Positions 8,739-19,697 are shown, numbered from the stretch's first letter. The stretch is DNA of 25,312 nucleotides from an uncultured Clostridia bacterium (GCA_946186725.1 CAMHOI010000001.1:1-25312), one strand, 5' to 3'. Numbers and translations: made by a program. The notes: generated by a model not told the origin, from the sequence alone.

Positions 8739-9014
8739 TCATCCACGCGCGAAATACAGGATCCCCCACGCGGCGGAGGCGGCGAGGGAGAGCCACACCA
8801 TGAGCCAGAGCGCCCGGCGGCTGATCCGCCGCTTGCGCTTGCGCGCCCGCACGGGCGGAGTGGAGGCGGCTGAAAGCCAGTCCGCCGCCTTGGCGCGGAG
8901 CTGTTTTTCACTCGCCTCCCCGCACTCCGGCTTGACAAAAAGGATGGCCCGCTCGAAAAACGGGCTTTCGACGTCGTTGACTTCGATGATTCGGCGGTTG
9001 ACGCCTCGCAGCAT
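8739..9014 (-). CDS. Small hypothetical protein with basic linker and C-terminal TM helix (91 aa)
   Basis: RBS AAGGAGGA. N-terminus MLRGVNRRIIEV...FFERAILFVK resembles a recurrent clostridial hypothetical family. RARKRKRR is followed by a hydrophobic helix. Confidence 0.8.
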   Translation of the reverse strand: MLRGVNRRIIEVNDVESPFFERAILFVKPECGEASEKQLRAKAADWLSAASTPPVRARKRKRRISRRALWLMVWLSLAASAAWGILYFARG

Positions 9015-9044
9015 GGGAATTCCTCCTTATTCGGGTCTCGAGGG

Positions 9045-9075
9045 ATAGTATGGGCGGGATTTCCAATCTCTATTC
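9045..9075 (-). promoter_or_regulatory. Sporulation sigma-factor promoter (sigmaG-like; also fits sigmaE)
   Basis: Minus strand GAATA (9075-9071), 18 nt, CATACTAT (9052-9045). This matches the B. subtilis sigmaG pattern GHATR-N17/18-CATWHTA and the sigmaE pattern ATa-N16-18-cATAcanT. Confidence 0.65.
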
Positions 9076-9134
9076 GGGTTGCATAATATCGGAAAATATT
9101 ACGGCGTGTTATACTTTAATGTTGACATAACAAA

Positions 9135-9271
9135 TGTTGAAAACTCGGTGGAAAATGTGAAAAATCCGTGCCGTTTGGGGGTTTGCTGCCCCCGATTTTC
9201 GACAAAAGAGGATGTTTTTCGGGTTTATGTTGCCTTACGGAGAGTTGAAAAATAAAAGGAATTGTGAAAAA
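9135..9271 (+). promoter_or_regulatory. Cluster of co-oriented DnaA-box-like / TTTTCACA motifs
   Basis: TGTTGAAAA 9135, GGTGGAAAA 9147, TGTGAAAAA 9156, AGTTGAAAA 9243 and TGTGAAAAA 9263. Each has 2-3 mismatches to TGTGGATAA. Confidence 0.4.
9196..9206 (-). promoter_or_regulatory. Spo0A box
   Basis: Minus strand TTTGTCGAAAA contains the perfect 0A heptamer TGTCGAA (9204-9198). A weaker TATCGAA is at 9280-9274. Confidence 0.62.
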
Positions 9272-9345
9272 ATTTCGATAACAAACGGTTGTTTTAAGGC
9301 GAAAATCCGTTCTTTCCGGTCCTGCGGGGAGGGCAAAAAACGCTC

Positions 9346-9374
9346 TTGCATTTTGCCCTCGTATGTTGCATAAT
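9346..9374 (+). promoter_or_regulatory. Putative sigmaA promoter of the SDR-alr-lacZ-vanZ operon
   Basis: TTGCAT, 17 nt, CATAAT, ending 38 nt before the ATG at 9413. Confidence 0.55.
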
Positions 9375-9412
9375 TTAGGTAAGTATATTCTGCGCGCGAA
9401 AGCGGTGAGGGA

Positions 9413-10122
9413 ATGAAACAGGCGCTGATCACGGGCGGCTCGAGAGGGATCGGGCGGGCCTGCGTGGAAGAGCTTTGCCGTCTGGGCTGGAGCGTGACCT
9501 TCTGCTTCCTCAACCATGAGGAGGAGGCGCGCGCCCTGGCCGCCCGCACGGGCGCGACGGCGGTTCGCTGCGACGTCGGCGACTGGGACGCCGCGTCCGC
9601 TCTGGTGGAGGCGGTCGCCGCCGGGGGCGGGCTCGACCTGCTGGTCAACAACGCCGCCGTTTCTCTGGTCGGGTTGACGCAGGACGTCACCCGCGCCGAG
9701 TGGGAGCGTCTGCTGGCGGTCAATCTGACCGGCCCCTTCGCCTGCGCGCGGGCGGCGCTGCCCCACATGATCCGCAGGGGCGGCGGCCGCATCGTCAACG
9801 TTTCCTCGGTGTGGGGCGTCAAGGGCGCCTCCTGCGAGGCGGCCTACTCCGCGACCAAGGCGGCGCTCATCGGGCTGACGCGCGCGCTGGCGCAGGAGGT
9901 TGGCCCGGCCGGGATCACGGTCAACGCCGTGGCGCCCGGCGTCATTGATACGGATATGAACGCCAACCTGACCGGGGAGGATCGCGCCGAGCTGGCCGAG
10001 CGTACTCCTCTCGGCCGCCTCGGGACCCCCGAGGACGTGGCCAGGGCGGTGGCGTATCTGGCGTCTGAAGACGCCGGGTTCGTGACCGGTCAGGTATTGG
10101 GTGTGGACGGAGGATTCGGACT

Positions 10123-10126
<4 letters not shown>
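9413..10126 (+). CDS. Short-chain dehydrogenase/reductase, FabG-like with YmfI-type signature
   Basis: TGGSRGIG, LVNNAA, catalytic YSATK, VAPGVIDTDM. The segment SSVWGVKGASCEAAYS resembles B. subtilis YmfI (EF-P 5-aminopentanone reductase). Confidence 0.9.
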
Positions 10127-14374
<4,248 letters not shown>

Positions 14375-14397
14375 GACGGGAGAAAGGAGGGACGGCC

Positions 14398-15084
14398 ATG
14401 CGCCGCAAGACCCTGCTGATCGTGCTGTTTGTGATGAATCTGCTGGTGATCTGGACCAATTCGGCCCTGCCCGGACGGCTGTCCCATACCCTCAGCGACT
14501 GGGTGATCTACGGCGTGGAGACCGCCTTTGAGCCGGCTTCGTCAAGCGCCGCTCCCTCTTCGGCGGCGACCGCGTCAAGCGCGGCGTCTTCCGAGGCGGC
14601 ACCCGCTCCGTCCTCCCAGGCGACCTCCTCCGAGGCGGCCTCCGCTCCGTCCTCCCAGGCGATCTCTTCCGAGGCGGCCTCCGCTCCGTCCTCCCAGGCG
14701 ACCTCCTCCGAGGCGCCCGGTCACGTGCGGGGCTACATCAGCGATGAGGCCGGCGACACGCTCATCCACAGCGATTGGACGGAGGGGCTGCGCACCCTCG
14801 TGCGCAAGCTCGCGCACGTGATGGAGTATCTCACCCTTGGCTTCCTTGCGCTGCTGCTGGCGCAGGGCGATCTGCGGCGCTGGAAGACGCTGGTCAACGT
14901 CGGACTGAGCGTTTCTCTGATCGACGAGACCATTCAGATCTTCACCAAACGCACCAGCATCGTCATGGACGTCTGGATTGATATGTTCGGCTTTGCGGCC
15001 GGCGTTCTGCTGGCCGCGGGATGCGTGCGGCTGATCCGCCGCCTTCGCGAGCGCGGGAAGGAGCACGTCCCGCCCGCTCCGTGA
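14398..15084 (+). CDS. VanZ-family membrane protein with a Ser/Ala-rich repeat insertion
   Basis: IWTNS...SHTLSDWV, RKLAHVMEY, DETIQIF, RTSIVMDVWIDMFG. RBS AAGGAGGG. Confidence 0.88.
   Translation: MRRKTLLIVLFVMNLLVIWTNSALPGRLSHTLSDWVIYGVETAFEPASSSAAPSSAATASSAASSEAAPAPSSQATSSEAASAPSSQAISSEAASAPSSQATSSEAPGHVRGYISDEAGDTLIHSDWTEGLRTLVRKLAHVMEYLTLGFLALLLAQGDLRRWKTLVNVGLSVSLIDETIQIFTKRTSIVMDVWIDMFGFAAGVLLAAGCVRLIRRLRERGKEHVPPAP
14587..14715 (+). repeat. In-frame 39-bp tandem repeat (3 full copies + 12 bp) encoding SSEAA(P/S)APSSQA(T/I)
   Basis: Units start at 14587, 14626, 14665 and 14704 (partial) and are codon-aligned with vanZ. Confidence 0.95.
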
Positions 15085-15101
15085 TCCTATATAACGGGAA
15101 A

Positions 15102-15129
15102 GCGCCCCTTGGACTGCTCCAAGGGGCGC
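15102..15129. terminator. Bidirectional hairpin terminator between vanZ and the lexA operon
   Basis: GCGCCCCTTGGA-CTGC-TCCAAGGGGCGC, a 12-bp perfect stem between convergent stops. Confidence 0.78.
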
Positions 15130-15133
15130 CGCT

Positions 15134-15430
15134 TTATTCTTCCGGCTCTTTCCGCTCCGGGACGGGGTCGAAGGCGCGCAGATCCGTCCGCTCGCCGGGC
15201 GGCTTGGGATTGCCCTCACGGTCGAAGCCGTTGTCGTCGTAGCGGGTCCCGTTTCGGTGAAAGCCGAGCGCCGACCAGCCGTTCTTGTCAAAGCCGTCGG
15301 CGTCGTACTTTTTGTTCTTTTTCCACTTGCGGCGGCCCCGCCCCTCATTGGGATAGCGAGTGCGCACGGCTACGTAGGCGACAAGGAAGAGCGCCCACAG
15401 CCCCAGCATGACGATGGCGCCGATCTCCAA
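15134..15430 (-). CDS. Small single-TM protein with aromatic-D-x-x-G pentapeptide repeats (98 aa), downstream of lexA
   Basis: TTG start with AAGGAGG 9 nt upstream, 19 nt after the lexA stop. A hydrophobic N-terminal helix is followed by a basic stretch and the units YDADG FDKNG WSALG FHRNG YDDNG FDREG. Confidence 0.75.
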   Translation of the reverse strand: MEIGAIVMLGLWALFLVAYVAVRTRYPNEGRGRRKWKKNKKYDADGFDKNGWSALGFHRNGTRYDDNGFDREGNPKPPGERTDLRAFDPVPERKEPEE

Positions 15431-15449
15431 CTCGGTTCGCCTCCTTCGG

Positions 15450-16037
15450 TCAGTAGCGGCGGAAGCTGGCGACCAGCTTTCCGAGGATGGTCAACTGTTC
15501 CGGTTCGATGGGAGAAAAGTCCTCGTTCTCGGGCATCAGGACGGCGCGGCCGTCCTCCCGGAAATGGAGACGCTTAACGGTGGCCTCCTCCCCGATGAGG
15601 GCGACCACGATGTCGCCTTCCTCGGCGGCGGCGGTGGATTCGGCATAGACGACGTCGCCGTCCAGGATGCCGGCGTTCTTCATGGACATGCCCTGCACCC
15701 GCAGAGCGAAGACCTCGCGCCCGCGGGCGATCTCAGCGGGCAGGGAAAGATAGCTCTCGACGTTCTCCTGTGCCAGGATGGGCACGCCGGCGGCGACGGC
15801 GCCCACCAGCGGCACGCTGACGCTGCGCGAGCGCCCCGCGATGCGCACGGCGCGGGACGCACCGCCCTCCCGCTCGATGAGCCCGAGGCGCTCCAGCGCT
15901 CCCAGGACGGCGAACACGGTGGAGGTGGAGCGGATCCCGGTGGCGGCGCAGATCTCCCTCACCGTGGGAGGAAGTCCGTCGCTCTCCCGGGACAGTAGAT
16001 AGTCAAAGACCTTTTGCTGGTTGGGCTTGAGTTCCAT
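15450..16037 (-). CDS. lexA: SOS repressor LexA
   Basis: PPTVREICAATGIRSTSTV HTH, autocleavage VAAG, catalytic Ser (GMSM) and Lys (ATVKR). Confidence 0.97.
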   Translation of the reverse strand: MELKPNQQKVFDYLLSRESDGLPPTVREICAATGIRSTSTVFAVLGALERLGLIEREGGASRAVRIAGRSRSVSVPLVGAVAAGVPILAQENVESYLSLPAEIARGREVFALRVQGMSMKNAGILDGDVVYAESTAAAEEGDIVVALIGEEATVKRLHFREDGRAVLMPENEDFSPIEPEQLTILGKLVASFRRY

Positions 16038-16054
16038 ACCGCCGCCTCCCGTCA

Positions 16055-16066
16055 GAACTGATGTTT
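16055..16066. promoter_or_regulatory. SOS (LexA) box
   Basis: GAAC-TGAT-GTTT fits the firmicute GAAC-N4-GTTC/T box. It sits between the lexA -10 and its RBS. Confidence 0.85.
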
Positions 16067-16071
16067 ACTCT

Positions 16072-16080
16072 ATCATAACA
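16072..16080 (-). promoter_or_regulatory. Extended -10 promoter of lexA
   Basis: Minus strand TGtTATGAT. The -35 position is weak (TTCCCT). Confidence 0.65.
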
Positions 16081-16108
16081 CAGTTTCCGGAGAAAGGGAA
16101 GTGGAGAA

Positions 16109-16137
16109 TTGACAAAAGTTTTCGGGTTTGTTATCAT
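16109..16137 (+). promoter_or_regulatory. sigmaA promoter of the DUF5050-like gene
   Basis: TTGACA, 17 nt, extended -10 TGtTATCAT. Confidence 0.82.
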
Positions 16138-16175
16138 GATAGTACCTTTATTATTGCGCGAGAGGGCGTGATCAT

Positions 16176-17087
16176 GTGTCGGATGAGAAAAACAACAAGC
16201 TGCTCGGTTTTCTGCCTGTCGCGGCGTTGGCACTGCTGACCGCCGTCCTGCTGGGGATCATCCTGATCGCTCCCTACGATCTGCCCGGCACCACCCCGCC
16301 CAACACCTATATGAATCTGGCCAACGGCGGCTTTGTCGCCGAGGACGGCAGTATGCTCTACTACGTCAGCGGCAAGGGGACGCTCTACTGCCAGAGCGGG
16401 CCCAACTGCTACCGCGTGGACGAGGGGGCCGACTCCCTCTGCCCCTACGGCAGCGGGATCGTCTACCGCCTGGCGGACGGCAGGGTGCTCTACAGCAACT
16501 ACCGCGGAGAAGAGAAAACCGTCCTTCTGACGGATGTCGAGAAGATGGTCGTGGGCGGCAACTGGGTCTTCTTTACCCGAGCGGACGGCGTGCTGCATAA
16601 GCGCTCCCTGCTGACCGGGGAGGAAAAGACCCTGGGGCTCAAGGTCAGGGACTACCTGATCGCCGCCACCTCGGTGCTGTATTCCGACGACCGCGGCCGG
16701 CTCTTCACCGCCCGCACCGACGGCACGGGGAGCGAGCCCTTTCTGGCGCAGCCTGTCGACGCCTTCGCCCGTTTCGACAGCTACGTGTTCTACACCGTGG
16801 ACGGGACGCTGTACTCCGTGGCCTCCGGCAACGTGGCCGGCAAGCAGACGTATTTCCCCGTGACCGCCTTCAACGTCACCGCCGACGGGATCCTCTTCTT
16901 CACCGACGACAAGGGACTGCACACCTATGACCTGACCGACGAGAAGGCCAAGATCCGCGACGTCGAGACGCCGCAGGGCGTGCGGGGCGGGCTCTGCACC
17001 TGGGGAGAACGACTCTGCTTCTACAACGGCGAGGGGACCCTCGTGACCATGCTCAAGGACGGCTCGGAGAGCGCGTTTTTGCAGTAA
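16176..17087 (+). CDS. Membrane-anchored DUF5050-like beta-propeller protein (303 aa)
   Basis: N-terminal TM helix. PNTYMNLANGGFVAEDGSMLYYV resembles the DUF5050 N-terminal motif, followed by repeated blades (G..IVY, G.WVFF, D.YVFY). GTG start. Confidence 0.75.
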   Translation: MSDEKNNKLLGFLPVAALALLTAVLLGIILIAPYDLPGTTPPNTYMNLANGGFVAEDGSMLYYVSGKGTLYCQSGPNCYRVDEGADSLCPYGSGIVYRLADGRVLYSNYRGEEKTVLLTDVEKMVVGGNWVFFTRADGVLHKRSLLTGEEKTLGLKVRDYLIAATSVLYSDDRGRLFTARTDGTGSEPFLAQPVDAFARFDSYVFYTVDGTLYSVASGNVAGKQTYFPVTAFNVTADGILFFTDDKGLHTYDLTDEKAKIRDVETPQGVRGGLCTWGERLCFYNGEGTLVTMLKDGSESAFLQ

Positions 17088-17120
17088 AACGGGGCCGGAA
17101 AAAATATTTTGGATTTATAC

Positions 17121-17149
17121 TTGCTTTTTTCAAATGGATATGCTATACT
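17121..17149 (+). promoter_or_regulatory. sigmaA promoter of the sortase-substrate gene
   Basis: TTGCTT, 17 nt, extended -10 TGcTATACT, with an AT-rich UP-like tract at 17099-17120. Confidence 0.78.
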
Positions 17150-17181
17150 GACGAAGAACCTATATGAGGAGGAGTATCATT

Positions 17182-17718
17182 ATGAAAAAGTTTATCGCTT
17201 TGGCTCTTGCCGCTTTGATCGTTTGTGCGCTGCCCGTGATGGCGCTTGCCGCCGATAGCCCGGCCGCTGAGGAAACGATCAAGGTCACCATCCAGAAGGC
17301 CACCGCCGACGGTGCCAGCAACAAGACCGTTGAGGTTGTTCGCGGCCAGGGCACCATCACCGTCGTCGCCGACCCCACCCAGGGCACCTTCAGAGAGTGG
17401 ACCATCTTCAAGGTGGAGACCACCAACGCCCAGAGCGGCGCCATCGGCACGCTGACCGCTGAGACCAAGTATTCCGTCGCCAAGGAAGGCACCGATTACA
17501 CCATCGTCAACGGCACCCTGAAGACCTCTCCGCTGACCGTCAAGCCCCTGACCGACATCGTCATCTGCGGCAACTACGACAGCAAGATCACCGATCCTCA
17601 GACCGGTGAGGCCAAGGAGAACGCCCCCAAGACCGGCGCCAACACCGTGGCTATGGTTGTCATCGCCGTTCTTGCTCTGGCCGGCGCCGGCGTCGCCACC
17701 AAGAAGGTCCTTGCCTGA
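17182..17718 (+). CDS. Small Thr-rich cell-wall-anchored protein with a class B sortase sorting signal (178 aa)
   Basis: Signal peptide MKKFIA...ALA. C-terminal APKTG followed by a hydrophobic helix and KK. RBS AGGAGGAG supports the ATG at 17182. Confidence 0.88.
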   Translation: MKKFIALALAALIVCALPVMALAADSPAAEETIKVTIQKATADGASNKTVEVVRGQGTITVVADPTQGTFREWTIFKVETTNAQSGAIGTLTAETKYSVAKEGTDYTIVNGTLKTSPLTVKPLTDIVICGNYDSKITDPQTGEAKENAPKTGANTVAMVVIAVLALAGAGVATKKVLA

Positions 17719-17751
17719 TCGCGGCTTTGATCGGACACTAACGGATTGACC

Positions 17752-17795
17752 GGATCCCATCCATAGGCCGTTCGGCTATGGATGGGATCCTTTTT
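17752..17795 (+). terminator. Strong intrinsic terminator between the substrate gene and srtB
   Basis: 15-bp perfect stem GGATCCCATCCATAG / CTATGGATGGGATCC followed by TTTTT. Confidence 0.85.
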
Positions 17796-17822
17796 ATCCT
17801 GCTTTCCCGGGAGGTGAGTGAG

Positions 17823-18602
17823 ATGGAACACGTCCGGCAGAAGCCCCGGCGCGTCCTGCTTTGGATCCTGATCGTCGCGCTGGTGCTGGTTGCCGCGGGC
17901 GCGGGCGTCTTTTTGCTGCGGGAATGGCTCCCCAACGGCTTCGACGCCGACCCGTACAAGAATCCTTCCTCCGGCTCGGCGGCGTCGCCTTCCTCGCAGG
18001 AGGCGACTCTGCGCGACAATCCCATCGACTTCGCCGCCATCCGCGCGGATAACGAGGACGTGTGCGGCTGGATCACCGTGCCCGACACCCAAATCGACTA
18101 CCCCATCCTCCAGAGCTCGCGAGACAACGACGATTTCTACCTGGACCACAACCTCAAAGGCAACTACGACATCAACGGTTCCATCTACATCCAGCGCATC
18201 AACAGCTATGACTTTTCCGACCCCAACACGGTCATTTACGGCCACAACATGCGCAACGGCTCCATGTTCCAGAACCTCCATCACTTCCGCGATCACGAGT
18301 TTTTCCTGTCGCACGATACCTTTTATATTTACACGCCGCATCATATCCTGACCTACCGCATCTTCGCCGCCTACCGGTATGACAACCGGCTGATCCTCAA
18401 TTCCTTCGATTTTTCCGACAAGGAGGAGTATCAGCGGTACCTCGACGCCTGCCTCAACCCCGCCAGCATGATCCGCGATGTCCGCGAGGGGGTCTCGGTC
18501 ACCACCGACGACCGGATCGTCACCCTCTCCACCTGCATCAACGACGCCCGCTACCGCTATCTCGTGCAAGGAGTGCTGATCGACGATGAAGAGACCAACT
18601 GA
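17823..18602 (+). CDS. srtB: Class B sortase
   Basis: N-terminal TM, GWITVPDTQIDYPILQ, NTVIYGHNMRNGSMF, catalytic TLSTC...R. Start reassigned to the ATG at 17823 (RBS GGAGGTGA). Confidence 0.93.
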   Translation: MEHVRQKPRRVLLWILIVALVLVAAGAGVFLLREWLPNGFDADPYKNPSSGSAASPSSQEATLRDNPIDFAAIRADNEDVCGWITVPDTQIDYPILQSSRDNDDFYLDHNLKGNYDINGSIYIQRINSYDFSDPNTVIYGHNMRNGSMFQNLHHFRDHEFFLSHDTFYIYTPHHILTYRIFAAYRYDNRLILNSFDFSDKEEYQRYLDACLNPASMIRDVREGVSVTTDDRIVTLSTCINDARYRYLVQGVLIDDEETN

Positions 18603-19599
18603 CGGCCTCAAGCACGCGCGGGGCCTGGCCGGCTGGCAGAAGGGGCTTATCGCCGCGGCGTGCGCGATCGTTTGTCTGGCCGTCGCGCTGAGCGGCGCCT
18701 ACTTTATCATGAAGGAGATCGGGCGCAGTAAGCTGCAAAGTCAGCGCCCCACCGAAATCGACGAGGATGCGATCGTCTACAACGGCGAGACTTACGTCTA
18801 CAACGACAAGCTGACCTCCGTCCTCTTCATCGGCACCGACCGCCTCTCCGCCAAGGCGCTCAATGAGAAGGAGCCGGGCGCCAACGGACAGGCGGACGCC
18901 CTCTATCTGGCCGTCATCGATACCGAAACGGGCAAGATCAACGTGCTGGGCATCGCCCGCGACATCATGACCGACGTGAGGGTCTTTTCGGTCGGCGGGC
19001 AGTACCTCGGCACCGAGAAAAAGCAGGTCTGCCTGGCGTTTGCCTACGGCGACGGCAGAGAGAAAAGCTGTGAGAACACCGTCAACGCCGTCTCCAATCT
19101 CCTGTACGGCATCGACATCGGCACCTATTTCTGCCTGGATTGGGCCAACATCGGCCAGCTCAACGATCTCGTCGGCGGCGTTGAGGTGCCCGAGTACGAC
19201 GAGAATTGGAAGAAGACCGGCCGCACCGTTTCCCTTACGGGCGACGACGTCAGGCCCTACCTGCGCGGGCGGGACAAGACGATACTCGACAGCAGCGTCA
19301 ACCGCATGAACCGGCAGATCGACTATCTCAACGCCTTCGCCGCCAAGACTACGAAGGCGGCCCGCGCCGACATCACCGCCCCTTTGCGCTTGTATAACGA
19401 GCTGAACAGCGTTTCCGTCAACAACCTCGACGCCACCAAGATCACCTACCTGACCACCCTTTTCCTCAACGGCGGCGCCAGGATCGAGTTTTCCACCCTG
19501 ACCGGCAAAATGGTGCAGGGCGAGCAGTACGCCGAAATGTACCTCGATGACAAAACCACCTACGAGACCCTGCTGAAGATCTTCTATAAGAAAAAGTAA
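18586..19599 (+). CDS. LCP (LytR-CpsA-Psr) family phosphotransferase, variant motif set
   Basis: N-terminal TM, LFIGTD, QADALYL, GIARDIMTDV, AFAYG, NDLVGGVEV, YLRGR, RMNRQ. Overlaps srtB by 17 nt. Confidence 0.9.
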   Translation: MKRPTDGLKHARGLAGWQKGLIAAACAIVCLAVALSGAYFIMKEIGRSKLQSQRPTEIDEDAIVYNGETYVYNDKLTSVLFIGTDRLSAKALNEKEPGANGQADALYLAVIDTETGKINVLGIARDIMTDVRVFSVGGQYLGTEKKQVCLAFAYGDGREKSCENTVNAVSNLLYGIDIGTYFCLDWANIGQLNDLVGGVEVPEYDENWKKTGRTVSLTGDDVRPYLRGRDKTILDSSVNRMNRQIDYLNAFAAKTTKAARADITAPLRLYNELNSVSVNNLDATKITYLTTLFLNGGARIEFSTLTGKMVQGEQYAEMYLDDKTTYETLLKIFYKKK

Positions 19600-19617
19600 A
19601 ACCCCGTGAGATCCCTG

Positions 19618-19648
19618 CCCGTGCGCTTCGGCGCACGGGTATTTTTTT
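19618..19648 (+). terminator. Intrinsic terminator after the LCP gene
   Basis: CCCGTGCGC-TTCG-GCGCACGGG (cUUCGg tetraloop) followed by TATTTTTTT. Confidence 0.9.
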
Positions 19649-19697
19649 GTTTTCCGGTCAATATAATGAGGAAAGAAAAACGAAAAAAGGTGATCGC

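Noticed and set aside
9283-9294. SOS-box-like palindrome AAAC-GGTT-GTTT
   Set aside because: Both outer bases deviate from GAAC-N4-GTTC, and it does not overlap a promoter element. Such a match is expected by chance in AT-rich DNA.
9015-9412. Chromosomal origin oriC
   Set aside because: No perfect TTATCCACA box, and no dnaA/dnaN/rpmH/gidA context. Kept only as a DnaA-box-like cluster.
14587-14715. 39-bp repeats as a CRISPR array
   Set aside because: The units are contiguous with no spacers, are codon-aligned inside vanZ, and there are no cas genes.
19639-19667. Sporulation or sigmaA promoter upstream of the sleC unit (ATT-N16-AATATAAT)
   Set aside because: It fits sigmaE only loosely, overlaps the upstream terminator T tract, and cannot be assigned to a sigma factor.
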